DNA from: Octopus sinensis
Taxonomy: Eukaryota
DNA length: 64,000 bases
Reading direction: 5' to 3'
NCBI RefSeq assembly: GCF_006345805.1
Contig: NC_043014.1
Location: 54,994,001-55,058,000 of the forward strand
The notes under the pieces were generated by a model. That model worked only from the letters and a program-made list of their open reading frames with translations. It was not told the DNA's origin and searched no databases. The position numbers and the translations under genes are program-made. Of the stretch, positions 1-14,512 are shown in pieces (position 1 is the stretch's first letter; each line of letters starts with the position of its first letter).

Positions 1-492
1 ATAAAATAACCCAAACAATCATTGGATCCCTTTTAATAAACCCCTTCTTTCTCATATAAGAACACGTTGCGGTTTCTATGGTATCAAAAATAAATAAAAA
101 CTTGAAAAGTGATACTGGGAATTTTTCACGCGCCATAAACATATTCTGGCAGGTATTATAATAAAAATGCAACCAATATATCAGCGGCCACATCATCTAA
201 TATATCCTTCCTTTGTAAAAGCTACAGTAAGGTAATAAAAGAAGTCTGGCTGTTGTTTCAAGCAGCTCGGGCTGCGTAGGTAGGAAGTATCAGAATTCAG
301 AAAGATAACGGAAAATACGTGTCGTTTCTCTGTTTGGCAAGGAATATTCTAATATCTGTAAAAGAGTTCTGAAGAGAAATTCGTAGGATGAATGGGTAAA
401 AAAAAAGGGGGGGGGAGATTTGGCGGGAAACTCGAGTTGTTTACAATATTAATTACACGTGCTGGGACAATACATGAATATGTCAGGCTGAC

Positions 493-654
493 CTGGTCGT
501 TCTGGCTCTGCTGCTCTTCGCTTTCAGGTTTGTTCGGGTGGCGGTATTCCCGCAAATGGTTCGGGTTCTTCCTGTAGCATTTCTCGCCGTATTTACACAT
601 GGGTCGCTTGTCTTGCTTCGCCGTGACGACGGCCGCGGGACTCACAGCTGCCAT
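493..654 (-). CDS. HPF1: First coding exon of an N-terminal PBZ (poly-ADP-ribose-binding zinc finger) protein, probably histone PARylation factor 1; gene continues off the left edge
   Basis: ATG at 654; 54 codons ending in phase 0 at CAG|GTCAGC (GT at 492-491). Translation contains CKYGEKCYRKNPNHLREYRHP, matching PBZ C-x5-C-x6-H-x5-H. An N-terminal PBZ is known from invertebrate HPF1 (Drosophila CG1218). The HPF1 core lies outside the window, so the symbol is inferred. Confidence 0.6.
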
Positions 655-2701
655 CTTTTAAGCTAAGAAATCTATCTCCCACAACGGAGAGTTCGTTGCT
701 CTTTCAACGATTTTCACCCAAAATGGAAAGGTTTTGGGCGAAACCCCTCTTCATTGCTTTCTTCTTTTATAATTCCATCCTCACCTGAGAAGCTTCGGGA
801 CTCGCTCACACCTCTCCACTACTCCCAAGTTGACAGGTAAGAGAGGTCGTCCTTAGTCGTTAAAGCAATTCTTGGACACTTTGGAAAGGAAAGTCTGGCA
901 TTCTTTCGATATGCGTCCCATTCACCTCACGTGTATTTGTTTACATTTGAAGAAGAAGAAGATCATCACTTTCTGTAAAATTTTAATTTTTTTCATATAT
1001 GTGGGTTTAGGGGTGGGGGGAGGGTATCTTTTTTTCTTCAGAAATCTAAATAAACCCACGTGGGTTTATAAGTGACAGCTATGTTACTAGTAACGAATGA
1101 TCGCCAAAAGTCTTTCCCTTCTCATGTCATTTTGTACCCTTCTCATTTTCTACTTTTAAACCTGCAGATATCTCTCAAGTCGTTTTTGTCTGTCAATACA
1201 GGCAACCTTCGCTGAAAAGGTCTAATAGGACTAAAACATGTCCAAAGTTGTCATCATGCTGCCAAGATCAGGCTCATTCTCTACTTAATTACCTGCATAC
1301 TAATTTCAGTTTATTTTAATTAATTACAATTTCAGGGTTGTCTCCCCTGCCTTTCTCGGCCAGAATTAGGCATTAAACAACTTGTTATTTCACCTCATTA
1401 TGGGTGTATATCTCATTGCACGAAGTATTTTACCACCGGTCTTGACTATATAATTGATTTTCCTGGAGAGTGTAACAAGATGTAACACACAGAAGTGCAA
1501 CAAGTGAGGTGTGACAATCCAGTAATGGGGGCCCTAGTTTCAGAAGTTCCAGGTTTTTGACAATTGTGGAATTACCTCTTAGGCATTATTGTTCCCAGGT
1601 CTGCTCTGACCCAGAGTAGTAGCACCTATCTGGGTTCTAGCTGTGGGTTAAACAGCATGTAACCACCTGAGCCAAGGTACCTTAAAATCATGGGATGCAG
1701 CATTGTGGATGTGAACAATTTCAGCAGATGAACTTATTTAGTCAACAGCCAACATCACTGGATGCTGAGCTGGTGAACGGACAACAAACTACTGTCTTCA
1801 TCATTGTCATCATCACCATCATCATCGTCCGCTTTCCATGCTGGCATGGGTTGGACGGTGCAACTGGGATCTGGGAAGCCAGAAGGCTGCACCAGGCCCA
1901 GTCTGATCTGGCAATGTTTCTACGGCTGGATGCCCTTCCTAACGCCAACCACTCCATGAGTGTAGTGGGTGCTTTTTACGTGCCAGACGAGGCTGGCAAA
2001 CGGCCACAATCGGATGGTGCTCTTTATGTGCCACCGGCACGGAGGCAAGGCGAGGCTGGCAAATGGTGTTTTGGTTGAATTAATAAAAAAGACAATGAAC
2101 ATAAAAGATGATAGGTCTGTTCTTTCTGTTGGGGCACCAGCTTCAGTTTTGTAGGGAATTAATAAGACTTTCATTATTGTATGTCTGACACGGCTGGAAC
2201 TTTGGAGATGACATTCTTCCACTGAAGTGGATTGCAGCAGGGCAGTCAGAATAATGTTATAGCCGTCCCCACCTGACCCTTTCAGGCAAAGCAATGTCCT
2301 TATATTAGCCTTGGGATCTTTAGACCTATGAGATCCTCACACAACTGGCCATTGGGCCCGTGCTTTAAGACAAGGAGGAAAAGGGAGCTGACAGTACTGC
2401 TGATTCTGAGAGAAAGAGAGGAGAGAGAGAGGGAGGATGATTGACCCCAGTACTTGATTGGTACTTTATTTTATCGACCCAGAAAGGATGAAAGGCAAGG
2501 TAGACTTAGGTGAGGTTTGAACACAGAGTGCAGAGGGTTGGAGTGAATATTGCAGTCTATTTGACAGGCTAACGACTCCCCCAATTGCCCCCCCCCTTTA
2601 TTAAGGAAACAAAAATACCAAATATTTGATAGACAATAGTTTAATAAGTATAAATCACATTCATGGTTTACATAGTTTTACTACAAATATTAACAGCATC
2701 A

Positions 2702-2745
<44 letters not shown>

Positions 2746-4461
2746 GTTATTATTACAAAGAATTTTATAGTGAGGGACATATTTTTAACACTTGTTACCA
2801 AAAAGAAAAGAAAGTGTTACATAGAATATTAGGTTCGAATTTTGGCACAAGGCCAGCAATTTCCAGCGGGGTGGGGTAAGTCGATTATATCAACCCCAGT
2901 TTGCAACTGGTACTTATTTTATCAACCCTGAAAGGATGAAAGGCAAAGTTGACCTCAGTGGAATTAGAACTTAGACTGTAAAGACGTATGAAATGCCACT
3001 CAGCGTTCTGCCAGCTGACCATTCCACTCTGGTACATAAGAATAATATCTTTTCTTGACAAAAATGTTTATCGAGAAATGTAATTGATTTGATAAATATA
3101 ATTTTCATACTGTTAGCCATTTTGTCACATCTTTGAAGAGGTGAAAGGAAAAAACTGAGCCTTTATTATTTTAATAGCTTAGTTAAAGGAGCAAATGTAG
3201 CATCTCATCTCTGACCCTTTTCAGGGATTCTGAGACTGGTAGGCAGGAATTCTCCTCAAACTGGACACTTGGCCCCAAAACTTCCAACAAAGTGGACATT
3301 GCTAAACACTTCCAAAGTGACCAAGTGATGGTGATTGTTAAACTGGACAACAAATTAAACCCCAACAACCCCAAAACGGGATTAGTGATCCCTTCAGTGG
3401 GGATTCTTCACAGTTTCTGTCACCCAGATTTTTATTAATCTGAAGTTTTGGTGAAAGACACTTGTTTCAAGTGCCACACACAAGATTGAACCTGTTGCTA
3501 TGTAGTTCCAAAGCAAACCTTTTAACCACTGAGCCAAACCCTTGAAATGGGAAGACAAGAGAAATAGGGAGATAGATCTGGGTCTGCTCCCTCTACTCTT
3601 CCTGCCAACTCGCTGCCCTTTATTACAGCAAATAGTTTATAAATTTTGGGGTTAAGGGTAGGGAATTGTCATTGATTCTATCAACCCCAGCACTTGATTT
3701 GTACTTTAATTTCATTTGGTACCCCTAAGGGATGAAAACGAAATTCTACCCAGTTGATTTGAACCTAGAACGTAAAACCAGAACATGACCAAATATTAGA
3801 CTTTATCAGTTCGTCCATTGTTCCTGCAATTCTGCCAGTCTTCCTGCGACCTTCATAACATACAAATGCCCAAAGAAAAAAAAAAATTTATAGTTTTTGG
3901 TAAAAAAATCCCAACTTTTTTTCCCATGTTTATTATTTTATTGAAAATTTTTCAATATTTGAAACGCAAAAATATGACACGTCATCATTTACAATATAAA
4001 ATTAACAAGAAAAATACATTTTTTCCTTCATACAAAAAGCTTAATTAAACTCAGTCTGGATTAGTAAATCTTTGATTCTCAGACTACTATTACCAATAAT
4101 AATAATAATAATAATAGCAATAATATACAAATGACCACACTGTTAACTTTGGCCTCTCAAGACCAATAGATGCCTACTACTACTATATATGTATATATAA
4201 ATGGGAGCTAAAATACTTAATATGATGAGGCATGGAAAAGAATTTTGACTTAATTTATAATTACACCCGTAATAAAGAGCAAAAACAATCATTAATTGTT
4301 AATGACGAAGTTGTGTGAAAGATAAAAAAAAGAAAGGGCAAGGGAGATAAATCGGAAATCCAAATATAAAATGCAGAGAAGAGTTTGAATCAATGAATGG
4401 AACCTGAAGTGTTTTGGACACAATTCCATTCAGTTATTGCTGGTATGAAATATATTTGATT

Positions 4462-4499
<38 letters not shown>

Positions 4500-5532
4500 A
4501 AGAAAAAAGTGTGAAAGGGAGAAAGAGAGCTCAGATGGCATTTCATTCCATCTAACACCCGTGGACATATTTTCAAAGTCAGAAAACAGCACAGCTCCCA
4601 TGACTTCAGGAAGCATTTTTTCACACTAAGAGTTGCTGAAGCATGGAACAAACTGCCGGCATCAGTTGTTAGTTGTCGGAGCACTGCATCCTTCAAAACT
4701 TCCATGCTTCATGTGATCTGCCAACACTACACCTAATTTTCTCCCCTCCATACACACACAGAAGCATCTATCTGACTCATACATTGTTCGCTTTCCAGAC
4801 ATTTGTACATTACTGCATATACTCTGACAAGTTGTGGTGCACCTGAGCACTGTATACAATAATTTCATTATTATTATTATTATAAAAAGAAAAACTCACA
4901 AAACAGATATTTCTAACAAGGTGAATAGAGAGATTATTATTGTGTTGAATAATTGAGGGATGAGACTTAGTGTAATAATAGTGATTTTAAAAATTCTTTA
5001 TTGCTATAATAATAATGATTATTATTATTCTTATTATTTCTGATACTGAAATTTGAGGGAGAGATCGTTAGTTGATACAAACGACCCCAGTGCATGGCTG
5101 GAATAATAAATAATAATAATAATAATTCTACTATAGGTACAAGGCCTGAAATTTGTGGGGAGGGGGACTAGTTGATTACATCGACCCTAGTATTCAGCTG
5201 GTATTTCATCAACCCCAAAAGGATGAAAGCCAAAGATGAGCACAGCAGAATAATAACAATAATAATAATAATAATAATTAGAAGAAGAGGAAGAAACCGT
5301 TCTACTATAGGCAGAAGGCTTGAAATTTTACAGGTGTGGGGGGGGTTGTCGATAATGTTAGTCCATGTACTCAACTAGTACATGATTGGTAGTTTATCTT
5401 GCCGACCTTGAAAGGATGAAAGGCAAAGTTAACCATGGTGGAGTTTGAACTCAGAACACAAAGAACTGGAAGAGATGCTGCTAGGCATCTTGTCCAATGC
5501 ATTACTAATGGTTCTGACTGTCCCCCACCTTC

Positions 5533-5563
<31 letters not shown>

Positions 5564-6006
5564 AAATAAAACTATAGGCACAAGGCCTGACATTTTGTGG
5601 GAGGGAGTTAGTTGATTACATCAACCCCAGTATTCAACTGGTACTTTATGTTATCAACCCTGAAAGGCAAAGTTGAGACCTTGACGGATTTTGAACTCAG
5701 AACATAAAGGCAGATGAACTGCCACTAGGTGCGTTCGGCCCCGTGTGCTGTCAATTCTGCCAGTTGTCCTCCTTCATTAATAATTCTTTCTACTCTAAGC
5801 AGAAGGCCTGACATTTGTAGGAATCATGTTTGTTGCCAGTTATACCAACCCCTCCACCCCCACTGCTCAGCTGAAACCCTTTTTATCTGTTGTGACAGGA
5901 CGAAAGGCCAAGATGGTCTCAATAAGAATATCACCCTATCAGTTTGAACTTAAGAAAACATTACGTGTCTGTCATTCCATTTGTAATTAGCAAACAATTG
6001 AAGTGA

Positions 6007-6294
6007 TGGAGTAAAGGCTGTTTGCCAACATAAACATGGCAGTCCTGGTTTAGGACGAATGTTGCTGTTATTTAGCCCCAGGAGACATCGTCTCCCACTG
6101 GCTATGCGACACGATCTATGTCCTTATATTTTCGAACAAAGGAATCTAGCACTCCTACTCAGCTCAAAACAATATAAGCACACAGATCATGTTGTATAGC
6201 CAGCTGGAGACGATGTCTCCTGGTGTTAAATTACAGCAACATTCGTCCTAAACCAGGACTGCCATGTTATGTTGGGCAAACAATCTTTACTCCA
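6007..6294. mobile_element. Fold-back MITE-like element with ~120-bp imperfect terminal inverted repeats
   Basis: tggagtaaag...acatggcagtcctggtttaggacgaatgttgctgt... mirrored by ...acagcaacattcgtcctaaaccaggactgccatgt...ctttactcca; no clear TSD. Confidence 0.8.
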
Positions 6295-6951
6295 AAGTAC
6301 TGTTGTTGAATATCTCACGTTGCGAGATTTAAAAATAGTAATTTTCTAATTGAAGTGATACTCCACTATTTCTCTAGGGACATTGACAAATTACCTCCAA
6401 GGTAGACATAGGCACATTCCAGAAAATAGCAATTTTAGGATCTGTAAACATTGTTAGTGTATTTATTCTTCCATGAAACATTTTTGCTCATCATAAATAT
6501 ATTTGTTCACCTGACACATTCTCATTAACCTTGATCATTCTTTGTTAACCTGATACATTCTCATTAACCTTGATCATTCCTCGTTAAATGATTTCCATTA
6601 TTAACACCCTCGTTTACTCTGAACACTTCCAGGCATCTTTTCCAAGTTGTCTCTCCAGATTCTTGTTTTGAAAAAGGAAACTCTTGATACATTTTTCAAA
6701 CCATGACAATAAAAATAATAATTGTTTTTAATTTAGACAAAAAGTCTGAAATTTATAGAAGGGAGTTAGTTGATATCATTGACCCCCATTACATGACTGG
6801 CATTTCATTTTATCAAACCCTACTAAAAAGATGAAAGGTAAAGTTTTCCATGGCAGGATTTGAACTCACAATCCACAGAATCATTATTAAATACCACAAA
6901 ATATTCTATCTGATGTTTAACAACTCTGCCAAGCTAATAATAATAATAATA

Positions 6952-6985
<34 letters not shown>

Positions 6986-8500
6986 CATCATCATCATCGT
7001 TTAACGTCCGTTTTCCATGCTTGCACGGGTTGGACGGTTCGACCGGGGTCTGGGAAGCCAGGGGCTGCTCCAGGCTCCAGTCTGATCTGGCAGAGTTTCT
7101 ACGGCTGGATGCCCTTCCTAACGCCAACCACTCCGCGAGTGTAGTGGGTGCTTTTTATGTGCCACCTTATGCCTTGATAATAATAATAATAACAATAATA
7201 ATAATTCTTTCTACTCTAGGCACAAGGCCTGAAAGGGGGACTAGTCGATTAAATCAACTCTGTCACTGGTCCTTAATTTATCAACCCCAAAAGGATGAAA
7301 GATAAAATCAATTCTGGCAGAATTTGAACTCAGAAAGACAGGTGAAAGGCTGCTGAGCATGGTCATGATTCTGCCAGCTCGTTGCCTTATTAATAATAAC
7401 AATAATAATAATATGTGCATCTCTGATCATGAGCAGAAGTAGTGGGGGAGCATCATAGCCATGTGTTGAGAGGGATTCTTTGGGGTTTGAATAATTCACC
7501 TCTGGAAACATGGGTGTTTCGTTCATCATCCTTAAACAACCCTTATTCAGGGACCTTTTGAGTAGGATGGGTTACCCGACCAGAAGAAAATTCTAACTGG
7601 GCCCCACCTGCAAGGTCATGTGCTGTTATCTTGAAATGAGATCACCATGTCGCGCACATATGGTTGTGATGCATATGCCTGGTGTACCCTTATCAGACGG
7701 GTAGTCCTGATGGGTATACTGGGTTTCGTATATTTTACCCCAGTGTCACTTTGATGGCATGCACTGCTCTCTCACTCAATAATAATAATAATGATAATAA
7801 TTTCTTCAGTGTAAGGCAAGAAGATAGAGACAATGCAATTGACCACCTGTGAATTACTAATTTTTTATTGCTCAAGGACACAACATGCTGCCAGCAATTG
7901 AACTCATGACCTTCTGATCATAAGCCAAATGCCTTTGCTCTGATGTGATACAAGAGAGCACAACATGTCTATCCAATCCATTGCTGTACATCACCGTGAA
8001 CAGCAGCAGCAGCCGTCCAAGAATTTGGACCTGGAGATTTCCATTTCCAGCTACTTCGAGGAGCACCTCCCAGTGGTGTCGGGCGTCAACAAAGAGCCCT
8101 CGACTACAACAAGACGACCAAATTTTTTTTTTTCTTTTTTCCAAGGTCTGGGGTCTCCCGCCCCTAAGCCCTAGACCATCACCTAATCACCCTGACCCGT
8201 CTTGTTGCTTAACAACAACAATAACAACAGCAGCAATGGTGCTTAGCTGAGCAGAAGCATGATTCAACTAAAAAGATCTCTGTAGGTGGGTTTTTCTCTT
8301 ACAAAACCATCATCCACAAGCTTCCACATCTTTCCATGTTTTGTGTCATCTTCTCTATGAAGTCCAAGGGTGTCGATGTTGTTTTCTTTTTTCAATATCC
8401 AGATCTGATAAGACGGTCCCCTTTTGCTTTGTTATTAATCTGTTCTTTATATCCAACTTGTTCTTTCCACTGCTTCTTCATCCAAAAGCTTTGTAAGCAC

Positions 8501-11500
8501 ATCTATGCAGAGGAGTCACGAAGAATCTATGCAGAGGAGTCACAAATAATTGATGCAGAGGAGTCACAAATTATCTATGCAGAGGAGTCACGAAGAATCT
8601 ATGCAGAGGAGTCACAAATAATTGATGCAGAGGAGTCACAAATTATCTATGCAGAGGAGTCACAAATAATCTATGCAGAGGAGTCACAAATCATTGATGC
8701 AGAGGAGTCACAAGTAATTGATGCAGAGGAGTCACAATTAATCTATGCAGAAGAGTCACAAATAATCTATGCAGAGGAGTCGCAAGTAATTGATGCAGAG
8801 TAGTCACAATTTATCTATGCAGAGGATTCACAAATAATCTATGCAGAGGAGTCACAAATAATTGATGCAGAGGAGTCACAAATTATCTATGCAGAGGAGT
8901 TACAAATAATCTATGCAGAGGAGTCACGAAGAATCTATGCAGAGGAGTCACAAATAATCTATGCAGAGGAGTCACAAATAATCTATGCAGAGGAGTCACA
9001 AATATTATATGCAGAGGAGTCACAAATAATCTATGCAGAGGAGTCACAAATAATTGATGCAGAGGAGTCACAAATAATTGATGCAGAGGAGTCACAAATA
9101 ATCTATGCAGAGGAGTCACAATTAATCTATGCAGAGGAGTCACAAATAATCTATGCAGAGGAGTCACAAATAATTGATGCAGAGGAGTGACAAATAATTG
9201 ATGTTGAGGAGTCACAATTAATCTATGCAGAGGAGTCACAAATAATCTATGCAGAGAAGTCACAATTAATCTATGCAGAGGAGTCACAAATAATCTATGC
9301 AGAGGAGTCACAAATAATTGATGCAGAGGAGTCACAATTAATCTATGCAGAGGAGTCACAAATAATCTATGCAGAGAAGTCACAATTAATCTATGCAGAG
9401 GAGTCACAAATAATTGATGCAGAGGAGTCACAAATTATCTATGCAGAGGAGTCACAAATGATCTATGCAGAGCAGTCACAATTAATCTATGCAGAGGAGT
9501 CACAAATAATTGATGCAGAGGAGTCACAAATAATCTATGCAGAGAAGTCACAATTAATCTATGCAGAGGAGTCACAAATAATCTATGCAGAGGAGTCACA
9601 AATAATCTATGCAGAGGAGTCACAAAATATTCTATGCAGAGGAGTCACAAATAATCTATGCAGAGGAGTCACATATAATCTATGCAGAGCAGTCACAAAT
9701 AATTTGTGCAGAGGACTCGCAAATAATCTATGCAGAAGAATGTCAAATAATCTATGCAGAGGAGTCACAAATAATTTATGCAGAGGAGTCACAAATAATC
9801 TATGCAAAGGTGTCACGAATAATATATGCAGAAGAGTCACGAATAATCTATGCAGAGGAGTCACAATTAATCTATGCAGAGGAGTCACAAATAATTGATG
9901 CAGAGGAGTCACAAATTATCTATGCAGAGCAGTCACAATTAATCTATGCAGAGGAGTCACAAATAATTGATGCAGAGGAGTCACAAATTATCTATGCAGA
10001 GGAGTCACAATTAATCTATGCAGAGGATTCACAAATAATCTATTCAGAGGAGAAACAAATAATCTATGCAGAGGAGTCACAATTAATCTATTCAGAGGAG
10101 AAACAAATAATCTATGCAGAGGAGTCACAATTAATCTATGCAGAGGAGTCACCAATAATCTATGCAGAAGAGTCACAAATAATCTATGCAGAGGATTCAC
10201 AAATAATTTATGCAGAGGAGTCACAAATAATCTATACAGAGGAGTCACGAATAATCTATGTGGAGGAGTCACTAATAATCTATGCAGTGGTGTCACAAAT
10301 AATCTATGCAGAGGAGTCACAAATAATTTATGCAGAGGAGTCACAAATAATCTATGCAAAGGTGTCACGAATAATATATGCAGAGGAGTCACGAATAATC
10401 TATGCAGAGGAGTGAAGAATAATCTATGCAGAGGAATCAAAAATATTCTATGCAGAGGAGTCACAAATAATCTATGCAGAGGTGTCACGAATAATCTATA
10501 CAGAGGAGTCACGAATAATCTATGCAGTGGAGTCACGAATAATCTATGCAGAGGAGTCACAAATAATTTATGCAGAGGAGTCACGAATAATCTATGCAGA
10601 GGAGTCAAGAATAATCTATGCAGAGGTGTCACAAATAATTTATGCAGAGGAGTAACGAATAATCTATGCAGAGGAGTCACAAATAATCTATACAGAGGAG
10701 TCACGAATAATCTATGCAGTGGAGTCACGAATAATCTATGCAGAGGAGTCACAAATAATTTATGCAGAGGAGTCAAGAATAATTTATGCAGAGGAGTCAC
10801 GAATAATCTATACAGAGGAGTCACGAATAATCTATGCAGTGGAGTCACGAATAATTTTTTGCAGAGCAGTCACGAAAAATCTATGCAGAGGAGTCACAAA
10901 TAATCTATGCAGAGGATTCACAAATAATCTAGGCAGAGGAGTCACAAATAATTGATGCAGAGTAGTCACAATTTATCTATGCAGAGGGGTCACAAATAAT
11001 TTATGCAGAGGAGTCACAAATAATATCTGCAGAGGAGTCATGAATAATCTATGCAGAGTAGTCACAAATAATCTATGCAGAGGAGTCACAAATAATTGAT
11101 GCAGAGGAGTCACAAATAATCTTTGCAGAGGAGTCACAAATAATTGATGCAGAGGAGTCACAAATAATCTTTGCAGAGGAGTCAGAAATAAGCTAAGCAG
11201 AGGGGTCACAAATAATTTATGCACAGGAGTCACAATTAATCTATGCAGTGGTTTCACAAATAATCTATGCAGAGGAGTCACGAATAATCTATGCAGATGA
11301 GTCACACATAATCTATGCAGAGGAGTCACGAATAATCTATGCAGAGGATTCACAAAGAATCTATGCAGAGGAGACACAAATAATCTATGCAGATGAGTCA
11401 CACATAATCTATGCAGAGGAGTCACGAATAATCTATGCAGAGGATTCACAAAGAATCTATGCAGAGGAGTCACAAATAATCTATGCAGAGGAGTCACAAA

Positions 11501-12310
11501 TAATCTATGCAGATGAGTCACACATAATCTATGCAGAGGAGTCACGAATAATCTATGCAGAGGATTCACAAAGAATCTATGCAGAGGAGTCACAAATAAT
11601 CTATGCAGATGAGTCACACATAATCTATGCAGAGGAGTCACGAATAATCTATGCAGAGGATTCACAAAGAATCTATGCAGAGGAGTCACAAATAATCTAT
11701 GCAGAGGAGTCACAAATAATCTATGCAGAGGAGTCACAAATAATCTATACAGAGGATTCACAAAGAATCTATGCAGAGGAGTCACAAATAATCTATGCAG
11801 AGGAGTCACAAATAATCTATACAGAGGATTCACAAAGAATCTATGCAGAGGAGTCACAAATAATCTATGCAGAGGAGTCACAAATAATCTATACAGAGGA
11901 GTCACAAATAATCTATGCAGAGGAGTCACAAATAATTTATGCAGAGGAGTCACAAAGGATCTATGCAGAGGAGTCACGAGTAATCTATGCAGAGGAGTCA
12001 CAAGTAATCTATGCAGAGGAGTCGCAAATAATCTATGCAGAGGAGTCACAAATAATCTATGCAGAGGAGTCACAAATAATCTATACAGAGGAGTCACAAA
12101 TAATTTATGCAGAGGAGTCACGAATAATTTATGCAGAGGAGTAACGAATAATTTATGCAGAGGAGTAACGAATAATTTATGCAGAGGTATCACAAATATT
12201 CTATGCAGAGCAATCAAATAATCTATGCAAAGGAGTAACGAATAATCTATGCAGAAGTGTCACAAATAATTTATGCGAAGGAGTTACACTTAATATATGT
12301 AGATGACTCA
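8501..12310. repeat. 24-bp minisatellite array, ~3.8 kb (roughly 155-160 units)
   Basis: Consensus ATCTATGCAGAGGAGTCACAAATA; variant units cluster by region; occasional 25-bp units shift the frame. Confidence 0.97.
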
Positions 12311-13739
12311 TATATAATTTACCCATGGTTTCCAAATAAGAGATGATACTTAAGCTGTGTAGAAGTCGTTCCTAAGTTACCAAGAACTCAGGCATAATTC
12401 CTTTGATACCAACCTGGCCCTGGTTCTTTAATACAAACCTTCATCTTTTAAAGGAATCTGAATTAAGAACTTGCATCCAAATTTCAGGTTAATTCTTTGT
12501 TCAGAACATCAGGTTAATTAATAACAAAAGTCGTTTCGTTAAGTTTTGCATTATTTTACAAACTAAGTGAAACAAAAGGCAGTGTGTTTGAGCAGAAAAA
12601 TATAAAAGAATGGGAGAAAGGTTATACAAATTATGCAAATTTGAGGTATAAGTTACAAAGGGATCACATAGAAGTTATGGGGAGTTCAGATGTAATTATG
12701 CAGTTATGCAGAGGTCATAGAATAAATTATGCAGAATTCACAGGAGTGGCTGTGTGGCAAGTAGTTTGCTAACCAACCACATGCTTCCGGGTTCAGTCCC
12801 ACTGCGTGGCATCTTGGGCAAGTGCCTTCTGCTATAGCCCCGGGCCGACCTATGCCTTGTGAGTGGATTTGGTAGATGGAAACTGAAAGAAGCCTGTCAT
12901 ATATATATATATGTGTGTGTGTGTTAGTGTGTTTGTGTTTGTCCCCCTAGCATTGCTTGACAACCCATGCCGGTGTGTTTACGTCCCTGTCACTTAGCGG
13001 TTCGGCAAAAGAGACAGATAGAATAAGTACTGGGCTTACAAAGAATAAGTCCCGGGGTCGATTTGCTCGACTAAAGGTAGTGCTCCAGCATGGCCGCAGT
13101 CAAATGACTGAAACAAGTAAAAGAGTATATAAGTTATGCTGGGTTATGCATACAAATCTCATCACTCTACACCAAAAAAATTGATTCACAATGCGAATAA
13201 TGACTCAAAACAACATTACTACAACCACCACCATCAGTCAACAACAACAACAACAGCAAAAAACCAGCAATAACAATGACCCACCAAGGAAGGCTTTAAT
13301 TGGTTGCTCAACTTCCTAGAAATAGCAACCAAATCCTTCCCACCATCACACCCTAGCATCTTCATGAGAAGACACAACAGTGCAGTCCTAGATACACAAA
13401 TGCACTGAATAAACACACAGGATGACCCTATCTGCACTGCCTCTGATCATGGGCTTCTCTCAGACAGGTCTGACCCGGGGCTAAACAACTGCAATGTCAA
13501 CAAACTGACTTTCTATTTGAAACACTTTTCTAGTCTCTTTGAATCACTGTTTAAAACCCACATGGGGCCTTCAAACAATAGGGTCCAGGTAGGGTCTTAA
13601 AACCTAAATTTTGCATAATGAACAACACAACCTCGTTAAGGACAAGATAATCACATCATCGTTAACAACAATAACAAAGATCAAGGTTATTTCTAATGCT
13701 GTTTATCACTTAAAGTTACAAATAAGAATTCAAACAAAG

Positions 13740-14035
13740 AAACATATATATATATATATATATAAATATATATACACACATATATATATATATAAATATA
13801 TATACACATATATATACACATATGTATATATATATATAAATATACACACACACACATATATATATATATATATGTAAATATACACACACACACACACATA
13901 TATATATATAAATATACACATATATATATAAATATACACATATATATATAAATATACACACACACATATATATATATAAATATACACACACATATATATA
14001 AATATATATGCATATATATATATAAATATATATGC

Positions 14036-14078
<43 letters not shown>

Positions 14079-14160
14079 ATATAGAAATATATATACATAT
14101 ATAAATATAAATATATATACATATATAAATATACATATATATATATAAATATATATACCA
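13740..14160. repeat. (TA)n/(CA)n compound microsatellite
   Basis: Visible directly; similar tracts at ~42335-42780, 51540-51960 and 54060-55400. Confidence 0.95.
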
Positions 14161-14512
14161 GGATAAAACACATCGAGGGGAGTTGCTACTCCAGATTATT
14201 TACAGAAAACAAGAATTTGGACAAAATCATTTGGCTTTAAATTTAAAAAAAAAAAAAGAAAAATTGCCCAGATTTCAAGACACTGTAACTTGGAAGTTTA
14301 TTGGATAAGATTTGGTTGAAATTCTTGTCTTATTTGAAACTGCAGTAAAGTCTCATGCGAAAGGGTATAATTGTGTATATATTAAAAAAAAAAAAAAATA
14401 TTTACAAAATTGATAAAAACAACATATCAAGCAGTGAATTCTCAGAAAAGTTTGCCCCAAATAAAAAAAAAAAAAAAAGTCGTTTTATTAAATCTGAGAA
14501 TTAAACTAAGAT

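Noticed and set aside
8336-12217. Long ORFs on both strands (IYAEESQI and VTPLHRLF repeats)
   Set aside because: They arise from a 24-bp (3n) minisatellite. Frames are open on both strands, broken by 25-bp units and stops, and have no credible splice or start context.
13611-14173. YI/CV-rich ORFs here and at 42-43 kb, 51.4-52 kb and 53.8-55.5 kb; RE/SL ORFs at 59.2 kb; poly-L/S ORFs at 40.9-41.2 kb
   Set aside because: These are translations of simple-sequence repeats.
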